From an uncultured virus (IMG/VR IMGVR_UViG_3300020037_002893) (lineage: Duplodnaviria; Heunggongvirae; Uroviricota; Caudoviricetes), in the IMG/VR virus record IMGVR_UViG_3300020037_002893: a stretch of DNA of 64,000 bases; one strand, 5' to 3'. Of the stretch, positions 27,771 to 37,877 are shown in pieces (position 1 is the first letter of the stretch; each line of letters starts with the position of its first letter). The position numbers and the translations under genes are program-made. Under the pieces are notes generated by a model that saw only the letters and a program-made list of their open reading frames with translations, was not told the DNA's origin and searched no databases.

Positions 27771-28166
27771 TCATGATGTTCTCAGTCTTGGGTGTTTTTC
27801 TTGAAGGTAAGCCATCATTTCAATGGCCTCTGGTGATGGGTTCTTGATGTCCTTCTTTCCGTGATCTGCGGCTTCTTTACCGGAGGCGAAAAGAGGGATA
27901 GTCTCTGCGGGAATATCAAATCGTCTTCCCCCGATTTGTTGCATACGGAGAGCAAGCAGGCCCTCGCCGTGGCAGGTAGCCCACCCTGCGCATAGGCTGG
28001 ATGGAGTGGCATGGCAGACAAAGGCGGCCATCGGCTGCTCTCCCGTGTCCTTGTCATATTCCGTGAGCTTGTCATACTCCTCCTGTGCCCAGACCCCGGA
28101 AGGCACGTCCTTGCGATAAGGGCAGGCCCTGCATGGAGCTTTGCGAATGTTGCCTTGTGCGCTCAT
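27771..28166 (-). CDS. Cys-rich hypothetical protein (DUF6283-like)
   Basis: PC..CPYR.D.PSG.W...EY.KL, F.CH, CAGW. Confidence 0.6.
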   Translation of the reverse strand: MSAQGNIRKAPCRACPYRKDVPSGVWAQEEYDKLTEYDKDTGEQPMAAFVCHATPSSLCAGWATCHGEGLLALRMQQIGGRRFDIPAETIPLFASGKEAADHGKKDIKNPSPEAIEMMAYLQEKHPRLRTS

Positions 28167-28387
28167 AGAATGCCTTGGTAAACGAAGGGCTCCTTGGTTC
28201 CGTCAGGATGGACGATGACAAACCCTTCGTGGTCTATCCTGTGGTAGTTATTACGGCACCAGTGGCGCGCTGCCTTCCTGGTCAGGGCTCGAACTTCCTT
28301 CCCGGTTACCGTGACCCTCTCAAGGGTGGTGGTGTGTTTCTTCTTCGGGTGCTGGACTATCTTGCAGATGGTGAAGTAATCGCTCAT
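28163..28387 (-). CDS. hypothetical protein
   Basis: ATGA overlap with 27771..28166; promoter upstream. Confidence 0.5.
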   Translation of the reverse strand: MSDYFTICKIVQHPKKKHTTTLERVTVTGKEVRALTRKAARHWCRNNYHRIDHEGFVIVHPDGTKEPFVYQGIL

Positions 28388-28467
28388 GTGAAATGTTTTT
28401 CTTACCCTATAAGGTAACTCTTTTTTGGGAAAAGTAAACGCCTACTTTTTGCAAACGTTTTCAAATA

Positions 28468-29079
28468 TTAGGGAGTCGAGTCCTTGATATTTCCTTCGCC
28501 GAACATTTTACCATGACAGCTTGAGCAGATATATTTCGGGCTGAGTTCCTCCAGTGTCCCTGGATCGATCGGCACATAAGTAAGGAAGAGGGAAGCGGGA
28601 AGGCGTTCCCCACAGCCTTCGTTCTGGCACGGGAAAAGAGGCTGGCCTTCCGGGAATGATGGACAGTCCTGCACGCCATACGATAGCAGGTCTTCGTAGA
28701 TGCTTTCCACGTTCATCCAGTCTTCCCGGCTGAGGCGATCATCGCTCCACCCTTGGACGTTCCGCTTGAAGTGGAAGACCCGCTCCCTTGCCTGTAGCAG
28801 GCCTTCAAGAATCGGAAGCCTGGTCCCTAGCAGTCTGCCAATAGAATCCCCCTGATGCTCAGCCAGCATTGAGAGGCAATTTTTTACCAGCCTCTTGTAG
28901 ACGACCAAGGGGAGCCCCGTGGCCAATGTGTGTGGACTCCTCTCTGCGAACGTGCAAAACTCGACAATGGCATCCGGCGTGTTGGCCTTGAGGGCAAGCT
29001 CCCCGAGCCGAACTCTGCAAACGTCTGTCATCATCTCCGATATGCGGACCATCGTGTCTTTGAACTCTTCCAGTGTCAT
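28468..29079 (-). CDS. hypothetical protein with C-terminal zinc finger
   Basis: C...CG...C..C; leaderless-type promoter. Confidence 0.55.
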   Translation of the reverse strand: MTLEEFKDTMVRISEMMTDVCRVRLGELALKANTPDAIVEFCTFAERSPHTLATGLPLVVYKRLVKNCLSMLAEHQGDSIGRLLGTRLPILEGLLQARERVFHFKRNVQGWSDDRLSREDWMNVESIYEDLLSYGVQDCPSFPEGQPLFPCQNEGCGERLPASLFLTYVPIDPGTLEELSPKYICSSCHGKMFGEGNIKDSTP

Positions 29080-29176
29080 GCCTAAACTATACTCTATTTT
29101 AGCTAATCTGTAAAGCAGAAGGGGCTGCTGGTAAACTCACCAACAGCCCCCTGTATCATCACTCTGGGAAATTGTT

Positions 29177-29428
29177 TCAATCCACTGAAACCTTCCTCCG
29201 CTTGGGTGTTGCCTCCTCTTCTTCTCCCTCCTTTGCCGAGGCAGTCAAGGCCCACTCCCTCCATGACATGACCCATCCCCTGTGAATGTGCCCCCCTTCC
29301 TTCGTGGTATAAAAGACAGTGTTCCCGTCCCGGAACACCACCTTCCTGGTGAGAGTTCCTGAAATACCCTCCTTGGTCAGGGTATCTCCCGTGCGTGGAT
29401 CGTTCCGTGGATCTCTCGTATCAGACAT
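29177..29428 (-). CDS. hypothetical protein
   Basis: RDPR.DP..GD; ends RRKVSVD. Confidence 0.5.
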   Translation of the reverse strand: MSDTRDPRNDPRTGDTLTKEGISGTLTRKVVFRDGNTVFYTTKEGGHIHRGWVMSWREWALTASAKEGEEEEATPKRRKVSVD

Positions 29429-29468
29429 TACGGACTATACCACAAGAGGGAGCATTCCCGCAAGTGGG

Positions 29469-29999
29469 TCATTTACGCAATCCCTTCGGTGTGATCTTCA
29501 CCCGCTCCCCTCCGGCGAACTTGTCTGCCATCTCGTTCCACGGGTTCCCAGAGTGCCCCTTTACCTTGTGGAACTTAACAGGCGTTCCTCTCCTCCTCAG
29601 AGCCGTAAGCCCTGCAAGTGTCTCCTTGATGAGATCCTGATTCCCTACTGGCTCGCCGAGGGAGTTGGTCCATCCGTTGGCCTTCCACTTGATGGCCCAG
29701 TCCGTCAGGGCGTGCTTGGCATAGGACGAGTCCGTGTAGAGATGGAGGTCAACATCCTGGATATTCCCCGGCCACGAAGTCTTGCTCCTGACATGGAGGA
29801 TAGCCTCCGAGATTGCCCGAAGCTCCATCCTGTTCGTGGTGGTATGCTCCTCTGATCCTGTGCCTATTTCCAAGGGGAATCGGACGGGTATCTGCCCCTC
29901 CTCCACAGGGTAGCGAAGCACGAAACACCAGCCTCCGTATCCGTCCGGGTTCGGCCAACAGCTTCCGTCTGTGTAGATTTCAACCAATAGGTTCTTCAT
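29469..29999 (-). CDS. rnhA: ribonuclease HI
   Basis: IYTDGSC..NP, TTNRMEL.A, TDS.Y, W..NGW, N.DL and VKGHSG..WNE.AD motifs. Confidence 0.95.
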   Translation of the reverse strand: MKNLLVEIYTDGSCWPNPDGYGGWCFVLRYPVEEGQIPVRFPLEIGTGSEEHTTTNRMELRAISEAILHVRSKTSWPGNIQDVDLHLYTDSSYAKHALTDWAIKWKANGWTNSLGEPVGNQDLIKETLAGLTALRRRGTPVKFHKVKGHSGNPWNEMADKFAGGERVKITPKGLRK

Positions 30000-30186
30000 A
30001 CATTTTCCTCCTTTACCTCCAAAATATAGAACCCTTGAAACTCCTTCTCGAATGCCTTGGTGATTTCCTCTCTGCTGTAGCCTGTCCGTATCAGAGCAAG
30101 GCGGGAGATGCTTCCCTCATTTCTTCTTTGTGCTGTGATACGGAAAGGACGGAGCTTATTTCTTGTGGTAGAATTTGCAAACGTTT

Positions 30187-30462
30187 TCAAACCAGTACCA
30201 CCTTCCTGCGGGTGGTTGGGGATGTCGGGGCAGAGCGTAAGGCCACCACCTCGATAAGTCCTCCCCCTGTGTCCGTGGACTTCCACCAGCGGATTTCCAC
30301 AGGCTGCTTTCTTCGGGCTGCTGCTTGGACACGAAGCAAGACTCCCGCCCACGTCTTTCCTCTTGTCGTGCCCTTATTACACTTGGCCCAGAGGGCCGCA
30401 TCCCGTGCGTCCACGACGACGTAGGGGGTAGCTATCTGCTTCTTCGTTGGGGTCAACTTCAT
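30187..30462 (-). CDS. hypothetical protein
   Basis: Stop supplied by the repeated motif; ends RRKVVLV. Confidence 0.5.
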   Translation of the reverse strand: MKLTPTKKQIATPYVVVDARDAALWAKCNKGTTRGKTWAGVLLRVQAAARRKQPVEIRWWKSTDTGGGLIEVVALRSAPTSPTTRRKVVLV

Positions 30463-30469
30463 GCTGTGT

Positions 30470-30736
30470 TTATCCTTCCTTCTTTGGTTGCTTGTTGAAC
30501 ATGCCTGTCCAGCAGTGAAGATACGCCTTGCGCCTATCCCCTGAGGCCTCCCGCACAGTGAGCCTGGTTCTGTAGCCATCCCACTCCACAAGGACAGGCG
30601 TCAGCTTGCGATAGTAGACTGGCATGGCTCCGGGGAGATCGTAGCGAAGAACCCCCATGAACAGGTAGCTTCCGGGGCTGAGCTTCCCCACCTTGGGGAG
30701 CCTGCTTTCTTTGATCCTGCTTTGAACGGTGGCCAT
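30470..30736 (-). CDS. hypothetical protein
   Basis: Promoter directly upstream of the ATG. Confidence 0.5.
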   Translation of the reverse strand: MATVQSRIKESRLPKVGKLSPGSYLFMGVLRYDLPGAMPVYYRKLTPVLVEWDGYRTRLTVREASGDRRKAYLHCWTGMFNKQPKKEG

Positions 30737-30837
30737 GCTCTAAATATACTCTTTTTTTGCTTCCTGTAAACAAGTAAAAACCCACCCCCCATGAAAGAGA
30801 GGTGGGTTTCCGCGCCAGCGAATTGGGGGGGGGGCTC

Positions 30838-31998
30838 TCAGGCGTTGGCCTGGAGGTATTCGGAGAAGATATGGAAGACGGCCTTGTTGGTCTGGGTCTT
30901 CTCGTCGTCGTCGTCACCAACGTCGATCTGAGTCTTGGCCAGAGCGATAGCCTCCTGCACCACCTTGGCCTGATCTCCGGGCACCTGGAGCGTTACGGTG
31001 ATCCACTTGGCGGAATTACCCCGAGGCTTGGCCGAGGCGTTCAGCTTCTTGAGGGCCTCTTTGACCTGCACCTGAAGGCCACGGACAGTAAGATCCTCCG
31101 CCTTGTCCATCCACTCATCGGCCTTCTCGGGCTGAGCCTCGACCACCCCAATCAACTCCTTGAGCTTGACGTAACCGAGCTTCGCAGCCTTGGCTCCATC
31201 GATCTTGTGGGCCACACAGAACGTGTAAGTCTGAATGAGATACGTGGCCTTGCGATACCGAAAGCCAAGCCCGTTTTCAACGAACGTCTCGAAGCCGTCC
31301 ATGCCGGAGTAATGCTCCCCGGTGGCAGGATCTTTTTCCTTTTCATAGTCCTTGTCCTGCCGGATCTTGGCAAGCAGGCCCCCGGTGATGAGGTCGTTTT
31401 TAGCGGCCCCGTTGATGAGTTCGCGAACGACCTTGATGGGAGAGGCGCCATCCTTGAGGACGGCTTTCACATCCGCGTTGAGGACCACGGGGGCCTCGAC
31501 AACCACTTCCTTGGGAGGCTTAGGCGTAGCGACTTTCTTGGTGGCGGCGACTTTCTTGGTGGCGACAGCCTTCTTGGCTGGGACGGCGACTTTCTTGGTG
31601 GCGACTTTGGTTTTCACGGGTTCGGTTTCTTCTTCGGGTTCGGGTTCGGGTTTGCTGAGAATCTTTTTCTTCTCCTGGATCTCTTTGAGAGCAGCCTTTT
31701 TCTGCTGAGCGGCTCTCTTCTTGGTGGCGGCTTTGGACTCTTCGATGTCGGTTTTTTCCTCCGCCACTTCATCCTCGTCCACCTCTTCGATCTCCTCCGG
31801 GGTGACGACAGCAGCTTCAACGCCAGACTCGCCCTCCCTTTCGAGAGGGATGACGGCCCAACCGTCAGGCTCCTCGGTTTTGATGACGACAAGCTCGCCA
31901 GATTTGAACTCCAACTCGGGGTCATCCTGGCCGATGAAACGGACGGTTTGACCGATGGAGAAATTGGTGGATTCGACTGCGATTGGTTTCTTGGCCAT
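30838..31998 (-). CDS. putative DNA-binding protein with histone-H1-like KKVA repeats
   Basis: KVATKKVAVPAKKAVATKKVAATKKVATPK; F..FVE..LGF.YRKA.YL domain. Confidence 0.65.
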   Translation of the reverse strand: MAKKPIAVESTNFSIGQTVRFIGQDDPELEFKSGELVVIKTEEPDGWAVIPLEREGESGVEAAVVTPEEIEEVDEDEVAEEKTDIEESKAATKKRAAQQKKAALKEIQEKKKILSKPEPEPEEETEPVKTKVATKKVAVPAKKAVATKKVAATKKVATPKPPKEVVVEAPVVLNADVKAVLKDGASPIKVVRELINGAAKNDLITGGLLAKIRQDKDYEKEKDPATGEHYSGMDGFETFVENGLGFRYRKATYLIQTYTFCVAHKIDGAKAAKLGYVKLKELIGVVEAQPEKADEWMDKAEDLTVRGLQVQVKEALKKLNASAKPRGNSAKWITVTLQVPGDQAKVVQEAIALAKTQIDVGDDDDEKTQTNKAVFHIFSEYLQANA

Positions 31999-32125
31999 GG
32001 TATTTGCTAGGTTATTTTGGTGACTCCTCGGGGCTTGTTGTGCTGCCCTCTTTACATTCCCATTAAAAGCTATTTTCAGACAGAAGTAAATGCTTCTTTT
32101 GCAAACGTTTGCAATTTTTTTAGCT

Positions 32126-32560
32126 TTATTTTAGCTTTACCTTCCTGCGGACAGAGGCTTCCCGAGGGAACAGGCCGGGGTCTTTAATGGCGTAGGGGGT
32201 AACATTACCAAGGCAGTCAAGACGGATTGCAACAACACGGGGAGTCCAGAGCTTGCGCTTTCCTGCCTTGCCTTTCTTGGACCATCCCCAGACCTCGATT
32301 ACTCCCTTGCTGAGAAGGAACTCCTTGGCGGAATTCGGGCACTCTTCCAGGATCTTGGTTACACGGGTGCTAACATGATCTCCCGAGGTAATCTGTAGCC
32401 CAGCGATGGCTCCGGGATAACAGGCGATCACGTCGATGAACCCAAAGAGGTCATACCGTTTCCCCACTGGACCAGCCTGACGAACGAACCGCTCCACCAG
32501 TCCGGAACGAATCCCTCTCTTCTCAAGATAGGTGGCTGTCCTTGCGGTGGTAGTGCTCAT
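32126..32560 (-). CDS. PD-(D/E)XK nuclease, resolvase-like
   Basis: DLFGFID.IA...GLQ.T. Confidence 0.6.
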   Translation of the reverse strand: MSTTTARTATYLEKRGIRSGLVERFVRQAGPVGKRYDLFGFIDVIACYPGAIAGLQITSGDHVSTRVTKILEECPNSAKEFLLSKGVIEVWGWSKKGKAGKRKLWTPRVVAIRLDCLGNVTPYAIKDPGLFPREASVRRKVKLK

Positions 32561-32573
32561 CCTTTCTGTTGGC

Positions 32574-33464
32574 TTACTCAAGGGAGAAACACATCGCGCA
32601 TTGGGAACACTTCCTGGCGATGGGGCTGGATGGAGTGCCGCATCCGCTTCGCTTCGCGGGTATCTCCTCCTGAAATGATTCTTCTGCATCCTTGTGAGCT
32701 TGAAGGACGGAGGGTTGTATTTCCAAGGGGATTTCGTAGACCTTATAGGGAGATCCCGACACGGCATCCTTTGCCACGTAAAGGACAGAGGCTCTGGCAA
32801 CTCGCAGGCCACGCAACCGGAGAAGATGCACGTAGAAGTTGCACTGATCCCGGTGCGAAGTAAGGGGAGCGGTCAACTTCTCGTAGTCAGCTTTCTGGAT
32901 AGACTTTATTTCCAGCACTCCGTAATCCTCCACCTCGTCCTGATAAAGGAAGTCGATGGACCCGGAGACATTGCCCGATGGAGACACAGCCCTGTGTTCC
33001 CCGTAGATGGACAGAGGAGACTGGCACGTCCCGCACTTGTCCTCCTGCTGGAACTTGCCAAGGCGGGATTTCTTCCCGCATACGCAGCTCCACACGCCGA
33101 CTGCATTACCTCTCATGCTGTCTAGTAGGCTGTCTCGCACATGCCTCTCCGCAGCCCTGCCAAGTGCCCACACGATCCTCTGTGAAGAGAAGGGGGTATT
33201 GGTGCCTGCATTCGTCTTGTAATTCCGTATAATCCATTCCCTCCTTCCGCAGAAGTCACCGGACAGGGCAGCGGTAACGTGAATGGCGTCCAGCCCCTCC
33301 CGTCGAGCCTCCACTTCTCGATCCCGTTGGCTTAGGATAGACAGCAGAGGGATATGTGCCACCCGGACCTTCTGAGTGGGGACAGGCAACCTGCGTTGCT
33401 CCTCCTCCGGTTTTAGCATGGCCTCGCCCAGCGTTACCTTTCTCCGCACTCTCTTATCCTTCAT
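32574..33464 (-). CDS. Cas4-like PD-(D/E)XK exonuclease
   Basis: C.R, SG.ID, LEIKS and Q..FY motifs; C-terminal C..C..C cluster. Confidence 0.75.
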   Translation of the reverse strand: MKDKRVRRKVTLGEAMLKPEEEQRRLPVPTQKVRVAHIPLLSILSQRDREVEARREGLDAIHVTAALSGDFCGRREWIIRNYKTNAGTNTPFSSQRIVWALGRAAERHVRDSLLDSMRGNAVGVWSCVCGKKSRLGKFQQEDKCGTCQSPLSIYGEHRAVSPSGNVSGSIDFLYQDEVEDYGVLEIKSIQKADYEKLTAPLTSHRDQCNFYVHLLRLRGLRVARASVLYVAKDAVSGSPYKVYEIPLEIQPSVLQAHKDAEESFQEEIPAKRSGCGTPSSPIARKCSQCAMCFSLE

Positions 33465-33843
33465 GGGTATTTCCTTCCGCAGCAAGTTGACGTAACACGT
33501 AAACGGGAACCAAGGCAACCGAAATTTCCGGCTTACCAGATGATGATAAAAATTCAATCTCCATGCAGGGGACTTCCCCCTTGGCGGATGATAGGGCGGC
33601 GTCCATTATCTTGCGGACCATCTCCCGTGTGATCGTGAAGGACTTCTTCGTGGTAGTCTTCGCCTCCAGTCGCAGAACGTCCTTTATCCGCACGTCTCCC
33701 TTTTCCCACTTACCCGAGCCGGAGCCAATCACGACCTTCCCTCCGAGTCTCTTTGCGGCTTCCTTCTCCTGCTTCGGTGATCTCCGATGAGTCACACCGA
33801 TGCGGTATCTTTTCGGCGTGGCTAGCTTTGGCTTGTCGTCCAT
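33454..33843 (-). CDS. Holliday junction resolvase-like PD-(D/E)XK nuclease
   Basis: QE...A..LGG....SG....GDV......EAK.T. Confidence 0.7.
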   Translation of the reverse strand: MDDKPKLATPKRYRIGVTHRRSPKQEKEAAKRLGGKVVIGSGSGKWEKGDVRIKDVLRLEAKTTTKKSFTITREMVRKIMDAALSSAKGEVPCMEIEFLSSSGKPEISVALVPVYVLRQLAAEGNTHEG

Positions 33844-33887
33844 GGATACAGTTACGGTAATGAGATTTTTCCAGTTACGGTAATGAG

Positions 33888-34355
33888 TTAAAACGGGATA
33901 TTGGGATCTGGAACTTTCGGGTTGTATCCCTTCCTCAAGAGGAGCGATTCGAGATATTCTGCCTTCCTTCTTTCCTTGTTCCCCTTCACCGTGTTCTCTG
34001 TGGTTGTTACCACTCGAAGATTCCCTTCCTCGTATCCCCGAGTAGCGTCTATTCGGTCAATCTGCAAATCTTCGGCCATATTACCCTTCCTCTCCATATA
34101 CCCTGTGTCTCGAACAAAGGACAAGAACTCTGGGAAGGACAGTGTCATTGGCAGTCGCCTTTTTCTGGCCGAGTCCTTGAGGTTGTTATATGCGTATTTT
34201 TCCGGGTTCTCCACCCGCCACTTGTGGCTCTTGTGCTTGTGGCATAGCCTTGAGTAGTTCCCGCATCGTTTACTTCTACAGTAAGCCACTACGCAAAGAG
34301 AGGCATCCTTTCCAGGTCCAGCCAACTGGTAAAAAATCTCCAAAGAGGCTGGCAT
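33888..34355 (-). CDS. HNH-like endonuclease
   Basis: IDRID...GYEEGNLR..T..EN..K. Confidence 0.65.
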   Translation of the reverse strand: MPASLEIFYQLAGPGKDASLCVVAYCRSKRCGNYSRLCHKHKSHKWRVENPEKYAYNNLKDSARKRRLPMTLSFPEFLSFVRDTGYMERKGNMAEDLQIDRIDATRGYEEGNLRVVTTTENTVKGNKERRKAEYLESLLLRKGYNPKVPDPNIPF

Positions 34356-34359
34356 CCTT

Positions 34360-35571
34360 TCAGAGTGTTTCCATCTCTTCGTTCACCAATCGCTGGCTGC
34401 ATGGAGCCAACAGATACTTATCCTTGGGCAGGGGGTCCAAGCCTACTCTGATTCTTGTTCGTAAAATGAGTCGCTGCTTGACCCGGATGAACTCCTCTGG
34501 ATTCTCAACAAGGAAGTCCTCCATGAGATCCAATGTGCGGAAAGGGTCTTCCACACCCCGAAGCTTCCAGCTCGCCCCTCCTCCGTGGACAATGCCCTCG
34601 CGCTTAGCATATGAGATAACCGTGTCATAGTCGTCGATGGCTCCGATAGCAAGTCCCTTGGGGTGCTTTGCATTGAGGTTCATTCGGAACTCCCCCGAGG
34701 AAATGGTTCCTCCCTTCTCCTTGTCGATACGGAAGGTATGCAGATTGTGATCTGCTTCGCTCGCTCCCTTCGGAGTGATCTTCCGCATCTTCATCTGGAT
34801 CTTCACCCGTGGGAAGTAATTCGACTGCCAACCACCGGGGAGCTTGCGAGGATCTTCAAACTTGCTGGCGTTCATCTTGTCTCTATATTGGTTCACGTTG
34901 AAGACCGTTACATTGTGATTCCTGCGGCCCTCCCGTGTCCAGAGGTTCAGCACTTTTGAGCAGTAATCTCCGATGATCTTGGCACGCTCTCCTCGTCCAT
35001 AGTCCTCGACGCTTCGCTCCTCCAACTGCATAGGCACAAGCGAGGCAAGGGTGTCAATGGAGGAGAAGCCAACCTCCTCCGCTGCCATATAGGCAAGAAC
35101 AAGGTCCACGGCCTCCTGTCCATGGTCAGGGTCGATAAGTTCGAGCCTGGGCAAGTCCACTCCCAGTTTCTCTGCCCACGGAGCCTCGAACATATGCTCA
35201 ACATCGCCAAGCACGGCAGTCTGCTCCGGGTATTTCTTGTGGAACTGCCCCATCGTCATGTAGAGCAGACTGCTCTTGCCGGAGCTTTCCACACCGTAGA
35301 CAAGGGAGGCCCTGCCGTCCGGTATTCCTCCGAGGAGTCCAAGGTCAAGAAGGAAGACTCCGGTGGGGATGTAATTGATATGCGGATGAAGGTTCCCCGC
35401 GTGGAACTTCCCAGCCCCTCGGTCCTTTGTAATCGCCTGCCGAACACCTTCCAGCTCGGACAAGGGAACAGCGCCGGATTCTTGCTTCTTTCCTTTGCCC
35501 TTGGATGGTTGCTTCTTTGTCGCCTGAGCCGGGGGCGGCGTTTCTTCGATGCTAACTTTTCTTCTGGCCAT
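34360..35571 (-). CDS. recA: RecA/UvsX-like recombinase
   Basis: PTG...LD..L.GG.P.GR, YG.ESSGKS, D.EH, LGVD, NQ.R and PGG motifs. Confidence 0.9.
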   Translation of the reverse strand: MARRKVSIEETPPPAQATKKQPSKGKGKKQESGAVPLSELEGVRQAITKDRGAGKFHAGNLHPHINYIPTGVFLLDLGLLGGIPDGRASLVYGVESSGKSSLLYMTMGQFHKKYPEQTAVLGDVEHMFEAPWAEKLGVDLPRLELIDPDHGQEAVDLVLAYMAAEEVGFSSIDTLASLVPMQLEERSVEDYGRGERAKIIGDYCSKVLNLWTREGRRNHNVTVFNVNQYRDKMNASKFEDPRKLPGGWQSNYFPRVKIQMKMRKITPKGASEADHNLHTFRIDKEKGGTISSGEFRMNLNAKHPKGLAIGAIDDYDTVISYAKREGIVHGGGASWKLRGVEDPFRTLDLMEDFLVENPEEFIRVKQRLILRTRIRVGLDPLPKDKYLLAPCSQRLVNEEMETL

Positions 35572-35601
35572 GATACTGATCCTCCTATTGTGTTTCGTGC
35601 G

Positions 35602-35925
35602 CTACAGAAGCTCCTTCGCTTTCTTTTCCAGGCTAAGCTTCGCCTTTTCCCAGAGGTAGGATTCCGCTTCCTCCAACCTGTCAGGGTCGCAGGGAAGCTC
35701 AAAGGAGACTTCCACACGCAGGGAAGTGTAATCTCCCGTGTTGTAAGTCCTTCCAATGGTGACTCTGGCCATTCCTTTGGGGGTTCCCTCAGAGGCTTCA
35801 TAAAAGAGGGGACTGTTCTCCTTGTGGAGTGCTACTTGCTGCCCGCGATACTTCTGCTCAATCACGGCGTTATCGGAGCCCCCCACGGGGATTCTCCTTC
35901 TGGTTGGTGTTTTTTTAGCTGGCAT
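35602..35925 (-). CDS. hypothetical protein
   Basis: G.T.N.GDY.S.RV.V..E.PC. Confidence 0.55.
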   Translation of the reverse strand: MPAKKTPTRRRIPVGGSDNAVIEQKYRGQQVALHKENSPLFYEASEGTPKGMARVTIGRTYNTGDYTSLRVEVSFELPCDPDRLEEAESYLWEKAKLSLEKKAKELL

Positions 35926-35961
35926 AGGTTCTCTTCTTTTGATGTGAATTTGCAAACGTTT

Positions 35962-36456
35962 TCAAAAGTCCTTCATGGCATCTCGAAGGGCTTGTAACGT
36001 CTCAGTATGCGAGTCTCTGAGATACTGGTTCTCTTTTTGATGGTTCCCCATCACCGTGAGCAGACGCTTGGCCTGTCCCAGGGTGTAAACCATCTGCCTT
36101 GGGGAGTGTTTCACTCGCAGGGTAGGCTTGGGAAACTTCCCAGCCATGTGCCAACGGCGAACAATCAACAGGGCGTAGCCCATCATGTTGGCCAGTGACT
36201 CTGTTGTGACGCATTGAATCTTCTTGACCTTGTCTCCGATTATCACTGGTCGCTTCGGACTCAAGGGGAGCTGTGTCTTCATGGCAGGCAGGCAGTTCCG
36301 TAGGCAGACCGAATGAGTTCTTCGATACGCATCTCGGCAGTTCTTCCTCACCTCCTCACGATAGGTTGAATCTTTCTTGTAGCGTTCCCTTCGCTGGTTG
36401 TTCTGCTTAGCATAGGGGGATTTCGCAGGGGTCTTTGCGGCTGGTTTCGTTTTCAT
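35962..36456 (-). CDS. putative HTH DNA-binding protein
   Basis: LA.MMG....VRRW...G.FP.P MerR/excisionase-like segment. Confidence 0.55.
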   Translation of the reverse strand: MKTKPAAKTPAKSPYAKQNNQRRERYKKDSTYREEVRKNCRDAYRRTHSVCLRNCLPAMKTQLPLSPKRPVIIGDKVKKIQCVTTESLANMMGYALLIVRRWHMAGKFPKPTLRVKHSPRQMVYTLGQAKRLLTVMGNHQKENQYLRDSHTETLQALRDAMKDF

Positions 36457-36462
36457 ATTGCA

Positions 36463-37845
36463 TCAGTTTTTTAGGATTGCTCCGCTGGCACGGTAATCCT
36501 TCACTCTGGCTTGGTAAAGCCCCTTAGACATTGGCACCCCGTTGTCCAGCATGGTGAACCATACGGCGACTTCTTTCCCAGGATACTGTCTTCTGATTCG
36601 ACCGATAGCTTGCAGACCCTCACCGCTTGGGGTCACATCCATTCCCCAATCTAGGCGGGGGATATTCAATGCCTCACGTCCTAAGCCGTTGCTGGCAAGA
36701 ATGATTCTACAGTTCGCCGCTACAAGGTCCAGCTCCGCCTGTTTTATGGATCTTCTCTTGCCAGTGATGGGGTCGAAATACTCCCCTGCGTAAATACCAA
36801 TATCGGACTCCGGGACGCCTTCTGAGGCGAGCATGTAGCGCAGTATGCCAAGCTGCTCGATTCGATCGGATAGAACGAGCATCTGTTTTCCTTTTTCATA
36901 GGGTGGCAGCAGATAGGATACGATGAGACGATTCCGTGAGACACAGCTTGCGAGTGCGTTAATGGCGCGGGGTCTGTTTCTACCCGAGGCCATGATTCTC
37001 CTTCGGGTCTTCAACTCAAGATCGACCCTCACCGTGTAGACATTGCAAGGACACGGCTGGCTGGTAGCCATCACTCTTGGCTTACCAAAATAATTAAAAA
37101 ATAATTCATCGCATCCATCCTTTCTGCTCGGTCTTGCGGACAACCCCATTCGGGTTGCTGCTCGAAACTTTCCAACGGTGCGGTAGAACTCTCGGGCACC
37201 TAGTCGGTGGCATTCATCCCATACGACAAGCCCGAAGCTGTTGTAAAACTCCGAGGCTCTCTTCGTCTGATAAATTTGATGGATGGTGGATATTACGATG
37301 TCGGCCTGCCTCCAGTCGGTATGCTCGCTCCCGGAGTAGAGCATGGCCACCTTCGCTCCCAGGTGCTTCCTCATCTCCTTCGCCCACTGGACAACCAGAT
37401 TGGTCTTCGGAACCATGACCAGCATCTTCCTTCCAAGGGATGCGGCAAGATAAGCTGCGGAGATAGTCTTCCCGAACCCTGTTGGGGCTTGTGCAAGGAA
37501 GGCAAGACGGCCCTCCTGTGCCGTGCTTAGCAGTCCGCGCCAGAACTCTCTCTGTGCCTCATCCCTTGGTGTTGGGATTTTTTTATACGACACAGGAAAC
37601 CCCTGCACGGTGTTTGCAATCTCTCTCGCGTGGGATTCCCCAAGAAGCCGCGTGGCGTAGTCTATCGGGAATCCAAGGTTGCCATTCCTTCCCCGGACAT
37701 ATCCTGCAATAGGCTTGGGAGGATCTCCGGGGCCAGTGTGCTTAGGAACGATGGTAAGCCGCTCCAGATGCTTCGACTCCTCTTTTGGGGAGAAGAAGCC
37801 GGGAGGGAACCAAGCCATCGTGGATATGACGGGGAAGGAAGGCAT
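36463..37845 (-). CDS. superfamily 2 helicase
   Basis: APTGFGKT, DECH, GLSA.P.R.DG and Q.IGRI.R motifs. Confidence 0.9.
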   Translation of the reverse strand: MPSFPVISTMAWFPPGFFSPKEESKHLERLTIVPKHTGPGDPPKPIAGYVRGRNGNLGFPIDYATRLLGESHAREIANTVQGFPVSYKKIPTPRDEAQREFWRGLLSTAQEGRLAFLAQAPTGFGKTISAAYLAASLGRKMLVMVPKTNLVVQWAKEMRKHLGAKVAMLYSGSEHTDWRQADIVISTIHQIYQTKRASEFYNSFGLVVWDECHRLGAREFYRTVGKFRAATRMGLSARPSRKDGCDELFFNYFGKPRVMATSQPCPCNVYTVRVDLELKTRRRIMASGRNRPRAINALASCVSRNRLIVSYLLPPYEKGKQMLVLSDRIEQLGILRYMLASEGVPESDIGIYAGEYFDPITGKRRSIKQAELDLVAANCRIILASNGLGREALNIPRLDWGMDVTPSGEGLQAIGRIRRQYPGKEVAVWFTMLDNGVPMSKGLYQARVKDYRASGAILKN

Positions 37846-37877
37846 CTTGTCTTCGGGGGGGTAGACGATTTTACGGC

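Noticed and set aside
29174..29185. GTGGATTGAAAC (minus strand), the 3' end of a type I-C repeat; similar GTGGATTGAAAT on plus near 637-648
   Set aside because: Only 12 nt with no repeat hairpin or GTCGC start; the first is explained by the codons V-D-stop
32574..33464. Cas4-like gene as part of a CRISPR-Cas system
   Set aside because: No other cas genes; it lies in the recombination module, as is typical of phage exonucleases
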